A stretch of 64,000 nt of DNA, taken from contig CM120648.1 in the NCBI GenBank assembly GCA_051362555.1, positions 15,434,587 to 15,498,586 on the forward strand. Reading direction: 5' to 3'. Made by a program: the position numbers and the translations under genes. Positions 53,878-64,000 of this stretch are shown piece after piece (position 1 is the first letter of the stretch; the number at the start of each line of letters is the position of its first letter). A model generated the notes under the pieces. That model worked only from the letters and a program-made list of their open reading frames with translations, did not search any database and was not told the DNA's origin. This stretch comes from Lingula anatina (Eukaryota > Animalia > Brachiopoda).

Positions 53878-55082
53878 CAGATCGTTATCTTAATAACACA
53901 CGAGATTAATCGATGAATAAGCTTTCCTGATAAACATGATTTCTTCCTCCGGCGTTGCTAATCTTCTTAGTGTTATCGAAAAAAAGTACAGAATGTATCA
54001 GATAGTCTACAGAAATGACGGATTAAATCTACATGCGTAATCCACTTCTTGTTAGTTACAGTGTTATATGTATCTTAACTTGCTCTTGCTCCTATATGTA
54101 AGAGAATGCATTTCATCAGAATCGCCTTATATCCACAAGAAACGAGAGCTTCAGTAAACGGAGATATTCCATTCAGATTTAGAAAATACAACATTAAATA
54201 TGTTATCTTTGCTATTGCCTGGTATGTATTGCAATAAAACCAAGGCCACACGTAGTCCAAATCAAAACATAATAATAATATGTTTAAAAAATAAAAAAAA
54301 AAAAAACTTTGATTGATGCCTTTTAAAAATGAGTGAATGCTTTAGAGGCAGTACAGTTTGGTTAATGGGTTTGAACAACTTCACATTTTATAAACTAAAC
54401 CTTTTGCTAAAATTATGCTTAGATTGAGTTTATATAGCAAACATTGTGTTTTTAAATGATTTTACAACAGTGGAAACATTTTCATGACCTACTTTATCTC
54501 AGTAGTTGAGTGCCATGTGACATCGAGAAAATGAAGGCAGCTTATACATCTTGTATTTTAGATATTAAAAAAAAAAACCAGTACGAATATGGATATTCTA
54601 AACTGTCGCATCTATGTTTATACCCCATAAGATGTGAGTAATAAAATATGAAAAAAAAAAACGACAAAAGCAATGTTTAGTAGGAAAAAGTGAAGGGAAA
54701 TTTAAAAATGGAACTGCTTAGAGCCAAGACTTATCGACATTTGTGGTAAGATTTACTTTGAACAAATACATGCGCAAACACTAGAACATGGTTACATAAT
54801 GTGGTTACATCATGTAAATGTGGTTTACATAAGAATTAGTTAATTTTACTGGTATTAGCTCACAGTTTCTTCATCTTATTTCAACAAACATAAGATTTAC
54901 AATAAAAGGGCTATACGGATAACTCTATTCCAACATACAAACAGCAAGTAATAACACATATTCCCACATTTAGAACGATAATTGTCATTAAACAATATGT
55001 GTGACAGCCCAAACATGGTGGAAAACAGGATAGGACCGACATACACCCCCACATAACAACCCTAAATTTACAACTAGGTTAA

Positions 55083-55419
55083 AGGGATAATAACTCTTCG
55101 TTTTGGCCAAAAAATGAATTTTCCTGGAGTAAACAAGAATTTTCCCATGCTTACCAATGGTTAATGAATCCATTTTTACATTCAAAGTTAGTCCCTGGTT
55201 TTTTTCTAAAAAGTTTGGTTTTTTGTTAAAATCTCTTAAGAGATTTTAACAGAGTATAGCCATCAATGGAGGTCACGTGGTCTGAAGACAAGCTCAGATA
55301 TCAGAATAATAGCTATAACTGCTGTTTTTGTCGTAAAACAGAATATATTATATTTCTGTGAGTTATTCACAATGTTTTTATTGTGAAATATAGACCTCAT
55401 ACGAAGAGTTATTATCCCT
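55083..55419. mobile_element. Kolobok-like MITE, second copy
   Basis: TTAA-agggataataactcttcg ... cgaagagttattatccct-ATAA; homologous to 42377-42714. Confidence 0.8.
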
Positions 55420-57864
55420 ATAAGACTGGAGCAAACACGACTTCAGTTTGGTGCAACCAATTCACGTTTTGTGCTTGAGTAACTCGGGCGCAACTCCTTC
55501 GCATGAATTAAGACCCGTTGATGCAACCGTTACCCGGTGTAACATGAATGGAAGTCCTAGGAATGGAAGTCCGGACTCCCATATTGATAAGTACTCGCAC
55601 AAATGCACATAATTATTGTAATAAACGATAACAAATTTGCATTGAGAGAAAAAAATAACGAATCCTTAACAACAACATTGATTTATGCTCATGCACTATA
55701 AGTTAACAAACCACACACATAACACTTAAAATAATGAAATCATAATACTTTAGGAGCGACCCAAGTCACCTTACCTGAAGGAAGAAAACAGTGAGTGACG
55801 CAACAAGGTCTCAAATCTCACATGGACATAATTTCATCTGTCACGGGCTTGAACAACGGGGTTATGTAAGAAAACGAAAATAACTGGAAACAATAACGAA
55901 AATATCCGATAAAAGACGAACAGGAAACACTCATTTTACCCATCAACACAATCAAAACATTACATAAAGAGTATGAAGAGGCCGTGGGTTGTTACCCATA
56001 GTGATCAATGCAATGTCGGATTAAAGAGGGGGGGGGGGGGGGGGACGAGTCAGGGGGTCCTCTCGAAATTAGAATTTTGACCAACTGAAGCACACTATAC
56101 CTTCCAAAACACCACAAATATCGATGCTGTCCAGGGGGCCACGAACCCCACGCCCGGGGGGTGAGGGTCGACTACACATCCGAGGCCTGTCATTCCTAAA
56201 GAAAGAAAGGACCCCCTTCAAATAAACCTGGGTCCGCCCCTGCGGTATAACCTAGCTCAAACTTCCCCAAGCAGAAGGACTGAATACGCGGGAAGATGAT
56301 CTAAACCAGGAACATGTCTCGCTGTTATCATCATCATCTCCAAATGAACTGATGCGTTGCAGCTTGAGCTTGATTCATTACATTCACACTGTCGTTTTGT
56401 TCTAATTAAGGGGTGCGGTATTTTGCTATTGGGGCGACTTAGGGTAAAAAAGCCAAATTCTGACATGGCAGATAAATGCAACACATTTGGCATATGGTTA
56501 CCCTTTGGCATACGAGATCAAATTAGAGACGTTAAGTAAGAAATCCAAAATCCAGTTTATGGAATTTATTGAATTGTTGACATACCTATATTGCTTTCTT
56601 TTCTAATAATGTGTTATCTCCGTGTTTTCCACATGACCCAAATAATACATATCTGGCAGGGAGCAAACTCGTTTCTTTGGATATTTTGAATACATCCAAG
56701 ATGGCTGCCATATGCCATAGGAATACTATAGCAAGGGGACCCCTGGATCCTCCCCTGAGGGCGCATAACAACCAGCACACACTCTCAAATATAATCATAA
56801 CATCTCACCACTGGCATTTACATGTCACTGTGTCAGTATGCATTCTCCAAATCCAAAACCCACAAAAAAAGCATCATTCACATTACGGTACCTTTAAAAA
56901 ATAACTTAATTCATTCCTTTTTCTGTTTCATATTTAAAAAAATGTAAAATATACTACAACAAATCGACAAACAAATCGATTATTATCAAGAGATGATATG
57001 AAACAAACAGTCAAATGTGCATGTATTCCTCAAAATGTTTGCGACACTGCAAGATGTGAATTGACCTGATCTTTGAAATAAATGCCATCTAATAAGACTT
57101 TTAAAATAATCATGCATATAAAAACACATGTTTTTTTCTACAATTGCGGTTCAATCTAAAACCACTCTAGTTTATGTACAAAGACAAGTACTATCAGGTA
57201 CTATCATTGTGTTTCAGGCACAAGGTTGCGGTAGAGGAGATGATGGAAGGTGTGATGACGATTGTGCTATTCACTGTAAGTACACACTTAACCTAGGGTT
57301 ATTGCGTCCAAGTCCTCAAAAGTCTTAGTGTGACTCCTGAGAATGGATGATCCGCCGACTAAATATGGTCGACAAACTTTAAGGCAAGCCGCTTAATTCC
57401 CTAATGGTTTCTCCGCCTCCACAAGCGCCATTCAAAGGATTAAATCTCTGCCCCATTGTTTAATAGTTAGGCCCCTTCAACAAGGGCGCGTGTGGATATT
57501 GGGAAAACATCAGTAGCATCACTTTTTAGTGGGTCGGCCATAGTTAGTCCGCGGATCGAATTGTTCTGAATACGCTCTTAGAATAGACCTGATGAGATCA
57601 AAGTGATGTCAGCAGTTTTCACTGAAACCAATCCTCTACCTTTACGAAGCGAGTTACACAGTGGATTGCATCCACGTGCCTCAGACTTACTTTGACGTTT
57701 TGGAGAAAATTACGATCCAAATCTGATGAACTGGAGTCTATCTACCCAGATTTTCATTTAAACATTGGGTTTTTATCAGTGCACGTACCTCAAACAGACA
57801 AACTTTTATACCATTTACAAATTCGCTACATGTCCTGAAGGTCAAACGTTAAATGATTATTATT

Positions 57865-57898
<34 letters not shown>

Positions 57899-58782
57899 TA
57901 ATAATAATAAAGAATGAATAATCTACTACCAAACTAGAATAGGGAATCGATTGTTGTTCGCATATGCCCGTACATCACGCTATGAGAGTTGTAATTATCA
58001 AAGAGTTTCGTCTAAATGAAATTTATCCGAGTCTTAATCACCATGACGACAAACATGACACTAGAGTGATCCTTGAAGAAAGAAGGACGGCGTGGGTTCA
58101 ACCCTGTCACTTTGGTGAATGATTTGTAAACAAGACGTGGGATTTGCCATCCAATTTGTTGGGGATTAGGTAGCTTAATTTTCCTCAGAAATGGAATTAG
58201 GGGATTCAGTTTGTAATCCATTTCGTTGTGTGTGGACACGGAATGGGTGAGAATAAGTTAAAATTTCTTTTCCCTTGGCAATTAGCAATTAACATTGGTT
58301 CAAAGCAGGCGTTGGAAAGACTTACATTTCTTCGGCCATAATATTGGTTTTGATGTGTGTGCCGAAGGCTTGTAGAACAAATGTATTGTGTTAATGGTTG
58401 ACATCTAAGACAATTCTTGTTGTTGTACTTTCATAATGCTGACAATAGCAACATAGGTGTAATCTTTATTTGGAGTTAAAAATCGAAATTTATATACAAT
58501 AAATCCCATTATTTATAAGAGAAATTAAAGAAGATAAAAAAAGTTAGATATATTTATAAATTAAATCATTTTCTTTCATTACTGATAAGGTTCATTAAGA
58601 GTAAACACGCAAGAGTTATATAGTTTCAGCAGTACAATTTTCTGAAAAGAGATATCTTCTTCACTCTTTTAAGGTCTCATAAAGACGTCACAGACAAACA
58701 TAAATTCTTTTTTTTTCAACTATTAATATCTATCAAACACTTTTATGTGTACTACGGTTATATTTTTCTGTAGTGTGTGATA

Positions 58783-58988
58783 AACCCCTTTACACTGGAC
58801 GGCGTCCTTTCTGCGTCCTTTGTGCGACCATGAAACTTGCATTACTGTGGTCGTAGAAAGGAGGCATAAGCTTCGCTTTGGTTGCAGAATGAATGCTCAA
58901 TGATCGGCCAGTCGCCGGCACGTAAAGTATTATTTTTTACTCTCAAACGGTGCCGCAGAAAGGACGCCATCGAATGTAAAGGGGGGGG
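58783..58988. mobile_element. MITE, degenerate copy of the 60534 family
   Basis: acccctttacactggacggcgtcctttctgcg ... gcagaaaggacgcc...tgtaaagggg. Confidence 0.75.
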
Positions 58989-60324
58989 CATATTTGCATC
59001 TTCCCATTAGCATTGGCCGTAACTACAAATATCATCATCATCATCATCATCCTCCTACTCATCATCATCTCAACATTTCACTCCACTGATGGTGGAAGGC
59101 CTCCACAGTACTTCTCCACGCTTTGTGTTGTCGGTGTTGGGTTGAACCATAACTCACCACGCTGGTTCCGTGCGGGTAGGTGAGAGCCTGATGACCTATT
59201 GCTCCAGCATCAGGACCACGTGACAGGTTCCTCGAGGTAACATTTCACTTGGGGCAGGGTGAATAGCCTGACCTGATATTTTATGTTTGACCTTCTGAAT
59301 CAATTAAAAAGATATCGGTTCTATACAGTAACTGCAGACATAATCTTATACAGAACGTTTGCTATCATAACTATCTGAAAAAAAAAGCGGTTGAAGTGCA
59401 GGCGTTGATCAAATAACATATTTCATTTCCACCTTTATCTGTTCTTATCCTGTCCGTCACTTATTGATGCATGTGTTGATAAATGTCGTTGTCATCGAAT
59501 TTAATAATTTTTTGCCTTGTGATTGATAATTTGAGCGCTGTGTTAATATTGATCATCCGTTTGTAGCTTTAAAGGTTCGGTTTTTCTATCTTCTTCATTC
59601 GAACACACGAACATACATGTACGAACATACGAACACACAGGAGCGCACACAAGTGAACAAACACAGACCTACAGACACACACTCGAACACATAGGCAGAG
59701 AGAGAGAGGGAGAGAGAGTGAGAGAGAAAAGAAGGGGATTAATGCAAACACAAAACAGTCTTCGCAAAACTCTTTTCTAAACTTGCAACGGTCTTCTTAT
59801 TCCCCATGCATTTCTTTTGAATTGCCTACACACCCAACACCTTTGCAAATAGCAATCATTCATGGTTGAATATCATAATACAAAGTTTAAGCACATAAAA
59901 GCTTTCAATGCTTCATCTAATCCAACTTAATTACTTAAAGAAAAGCTAATCCGACGTCGTTAATTAGAACGTCCCGGAGTCGACTAGTTTTCTGAATCAT
60001 CTTTTTCAGCTGATCGAGTAGCTTTGTGTAAAGAGTTCGAGTGTTGCTTTCACTTTAATGAGCTTTATTGTAGAGCGTGATCGAAAACAACAATCTTCTT
60101 CGTCCAATTTCTAGTGTATTATATTAATATTTTCGAATGACTTTGTTGCCATATATGTAAATGATTTTTTTATAGTTCGCCTCTTTAATCTTCTTTCGTA
60201 TTTAAACAGGTACTCCACTGAGAACGATGACACCTGTAAATTTAATTGCAAAGCAAATTTACTAATGCGACTTGTTTTATTATAATATATTTAAAATATG
60301 ATAAGTTGTCATTTTACTATGTTT

Positions 60325-60496
60325 GGCCCCATTCAGAGTAGGGGACTAAGTAGTCCGAGGGTCAAACATGGCAGACCCACTTTAATATTTCCCCACGGGA
60401 TATCTATTCAGTGTCTAGCGGATTAGACGGCAAAATTTGTAGAGGGTCATCATGTTTGACCCTTGGACTAGTCAGTCCCCTATTCTGAATGGGGCC
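60325..60496. mobile_element. Hairpin MITE (ggccccattcagaataggggacta family)
   Basis: About 45-bp TIRs; second copy in the opposite orientation at ~61223-61385. Confidence 0.8.
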
Positions 60497-60533
60497 TTTT
60501 GCGGTTAAACACTTCATTGCCTTGTCTCAGTAA

Positions 60534-60756
60534 TACCCCCTTTACACTGGACGGCGTCCTTTCTGCGTCCTTTCTGCGACCATGAAATTTGACATCGCTG
60601 TGGTCTTAATAAGGAGGCACGAGCATTGATTTTGTATCAGAATGAATGCTCAATGATCGGCCAGTTGTCGGCACGTTAAGCATTATAATTTTTTAACTCT
60701 CAAATAGGGCCGTACTACTGGACGCAGAAAGGACGCCGTCCAGTGTAAAGGGGGCT
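60534..60756. mobile_element. PIF/Harbinger-like MITE
   Basis: TAA-taccccctttacactggacggcgtcctttctgcgtcc ... ggacgcagaaaggacgccgtccagtgtaaagggggct-TAA. Confidence 0.85.
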
Positions 60757-60879
60757 TAAACAACCTGCTGAAAGATGTCTATCTGTGTTCTGAATCTGAT
60801 GAACCTCTATCTATACTATACTTCTGGCTTCCACAGTCCTCATTCAACAATGTATGTAAGAGAGGATTCTGGACAAGTT

Positions 60880-61027
60880 GACCCGTATCTCGAAAGCATC
60901 GCGTATTGCGAATCGCTATATCAAATAGAGGCTACAATGTATTATATGGGACGAGTATGGGCGAGTTATGGAATCGAGACGCTTGCGCACGTGCGCAACA
61001 TAGCGAACCTTTCGAGATACGGAGTCC
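60880..61027. mobile_element. Hairpin MITE, copy of the 53732 family
   Basis: gacccgtatctcgaaag ... ttgcgcacgtgcgcaacatagcgaacctttcgagatacggagtc. Confidence 0.75.
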
Positions 61028-61222
61028 AGATCGGCGAACTAAATATGGCCGAACCACTAAGAGTATGTCTAGAACAGCGAACTAACAGGTTCGCAGATAA
61101 AATTTTGCCGACCCACTTGATGCTTGTTGCGTAATCCCCGCAGGGGGTCCAGTCAGTTTCTAATAGGAAATAAAGCGGCAGGCTATTTAGTGGGTGGCCA
61201 TATTTGATCCGCGGGTCTGTTA

Positions 61223-61385
61223 GACCCCATTCAGAATAGGGGACTAACTAGTCCGAAGGTCAAATATGGAGACCCACTACAAAGCTTGCAGTCTAATCTG
61301 CTAATAGACACTGAATAGATATCCCGTCGGGAAGTATCCAAGAGGGTCGCCCATATTTGACCCTCGGACTAGCTAGCCCCCTATC
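61223..61385. mobile_element. Hairpin MITE, copy of the 60325 family
   Basis: gaccccattcagaataggggactaactagtccgaaggtcaaatatgg ... ccatatttgaccctcggactagctagcccccta. Confidence 0.7.
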
Positions 61386-64000
61386 CTATTAGTTTGCTTT
61401 TCTGAATGCACTCTTAAAAGCATCACCGACTAATTGCCTGATGGTCTTCCTGTCTCAACAATTAAACGTCGGACACAGAGCGCAAGCAGTCGCAAAACGA
61501 CCAAAAACATGTAAAGCATACATATACATTGTTTGATGTAGCCAGATTTGAAGCCAACGTTCATTTATTTTAGAGAAGTCACATGTAAAAAGAAAAAATA
61601 AACCGCAAGGAAGGAAGTAATATCTGATATCTCTATCTCTATCCACGCTCTCTTATCACAGCCGGTTTCTTTTAATGCCTCAGTTTCTCTACACGTGCGT
61701 GATAACGTTTAAAAAGCAATGCATACTGGAGGGAGAGCCAGCCACATGAGGTAAAACAGCCTAGCACTGAAATTCCCTGTAAATGATTCTAGCTAATGCC
61801 TACGCCTCTGATCTAAACGTGATGGCGTTTTAAATAATTAAAGCTCAAGATAAACTTGCATGAGGTAAAACACATAATCACTTAAGGTTTCCTGATAATG
61901 TTTCTTGCTAATGTATTTCCTTTATTGCTTGAAACACTGGTTGCCGTGTTTGTCCTGATGGTGCATTTGGTGACCTTAATCTAGGTTAAATTGTATTGAT
62001 CGCTGATAGGAGTGGTACGAGTGGCGGTGATGTAATTGAACTTTTCATTTAGCCTGTGATTTGCATATGGCATCTCCACGATCGGTTTTGAGAGTGAAAG
62101 TTTTTTTTTTACTTTTTATCAACCTATGAACCTTTTGTACCATCTTTTTTTCGCGTCTGTGATGTTTTGGCCAACTTATTTCGCGCAAAATTTGTATTAA
62201 TCGCCTGAAGGGACGTGGGGCGGCGTAAAGTCAACCGCCTTATTGAAAAGGCAAGGAGGTTGCATGACAAAGCCTGGAGTCAAAATTACAATTAGCATTA
62301 GAAATGCCCCGTTCACCCCCCTCCTCCCCGGGCGTTTCTGCTCCATTCGCTGTCGCTCTGTCCAGTTACTGGTCAGTGGATATTGTTGGATTTATAGATG
62401 ACCCTGGCATGTTGCCTCTTTCACACACAGGACAATTAAAATAATATAAGACCCAAACGGCCACAGGTCTTAGCTTTCTTTGTCCCGTCTGTACAATATA
62501 GCGCAGATGCTGAGCTCACTTATGCTCCAATTCGGCTGACCAAACCGGAGTCAAAACAGCAGAATTATCAACGAACTCAACATACCATCTTCTTGTGAGT
62601 TTATCCCCTTTGACCTTGCAATTGTTAGTCGAAACTACAAAATATTATTTGAGAATCAACTACACTTGAAATTGGCTGATTCGGGAGAGGGTTTAATGTG
62701 CCACGCGACTCAAGCGCAATGTTTTATTAAAGGACTCCCACTTACACTGTACCAGCCTTGACATAAACACCATAAAAACCAAAATCAAAATATTAATGAT
62801 AAAATCAAATCAAATAAAATAAAATAAAATAAAACCAAGATAAATAAATAAATAATAAATAAAGTAAATAATACAATCTCTCAGTCTAAATTTCATTGGT
62901 GAAGTGCATTGCCCTCGGCTCACCAATCTCACTGGATGAAATTCATTTGTTTTGATTCAGTTTTCTAAATCAACCTCATTTCTATAGATGTATCTGTATT
63001 GTGTCTTCGTTTAGGACACATGGTTTAATGAGGCTTTCATTTCCGACCATCACATAACCTAATATCCTGTGCATTTTTGGATCAATTACCTTCTCCTATT
63101 ATCTTTTGTATTTTTGGAAAATTTTGTCTTGTTTTAATGGAAAATAACGGTTAAACGTTCATTTGATAGGTAGCGAATCGTTAATCATAATTTTTCTTCA
63201 TTGTAATTGACCTTTCCGAAGTTCGTCTCTAACATATGTGTAGTTATTCATCGATGAAACTAACAAAAATAATATGAGCGATACTATTGTTACTAGAAAA
63301 ATACGAGAAATTAATTGATTAATTGGTTATGGATAAATGAAATAAGAAATTAATTGAATAGACTGAAACATAAAATCAACTACATCATAGATCAGGGTGA
63401 CCTAAGTAATGGCCCAAAACTATCTCTCTCTCACTATCTCAAATAATAATAATAATAATAATTATTATTATTATTACAATGATAATAATAATACTTATAG
63501 GACGCAGTTTAGGGCTTCACTTTTAATTCTTTGAGGTAATTAGACAATATGTCGCGTTTCCGCGTAAGGTAAGTGTCGCAAATAACATCAACTGCATTTT
63601 GTTAATTGAAAAATCCTCTTTTTATAATGCTTGAATACGGTTGTCTATTAACAGCCATTATAATCAGGATGCGTGGGGGTAAAAATTCTCATCGACTTCG
63701 AATTCAGCCTTGAATTTAACTTTTTAAGCAACTTCATTCAAACGTGGCGACCTGCATCTTCGAGAGCCACGAAAACCGATGTTTACAGTTTTTTTATTGC
63801 ATTCACCTAAAACTGATTTTTCCTCAGGAAATCGACCTTGACTGCAGCTGGCAAATTCCTCGTCTAAATCTGTATGTTTCGTGCATGGAGGTGTGCGATG
63901 CTCCAGCCATTGCAGTTTTCCCACCGTCCATTAACTTTAATGAAATAATCGGGAGCATCTCTTTTTTCTAATCTGTTCCTAAAGGTCAGGCATCGCTGAT

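Noticed and set aside
57218-57276. Possible small Cys-containing exon (AQGCGRGDDGRCDDDCAIH) between tttcag and gtaagt
   Set aside because: Isolated; no supporting exons or family motif; needs RNA-seq.
60775-61134. 119-aa ORF
   Set aside because: Spans a hairpin MITE; no protein features.

Overview
AT-rich, intron-containing animal DNA (invertebrate-like; species cannot be determined from sequence alone), rich in microsatellites and non-autonomous DNA transposons. It contains: (1) the first exon of a mitochondrial-clan-like cytochrome P450 (minus strand, gene continues off the left edge); (2) a complete 12-exon SLC18B1-like MFS transporter on the minus strand (12708->5585, 470 aa, reconstructed by hand with all splice phases consistent), with a second intact copy of its first coding exon at 15030-14890 and dead exon copies further right; (3) a tandem array on the plus strand of a gene encoding signal peptide + Ser/Thr stalk + somatomedin-B + Cys-rich ectodomain that ends in a GPI-anchor-like tail rather than a 7TM domain. 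The array has two complete 3-exon copies (33376-37527, 44108-51288), one copy with only an intact large exon 1 (23782-25012) and one copy whose coding exon has been deleted (~42120-43085); (4) a 4.3-kb long-TIR element with a decayed Tc1/mariner nested in it, plus many MITEs whose empty sites are visible in paralogous blocks. Best candidate for something new: the diversifying, mosaic SMB/Cys-rich GPI-type surface-protein array, with a possible variable-exon/constant-exon splicing arrangement. All family assignments come from motif recognition; no database search was run.
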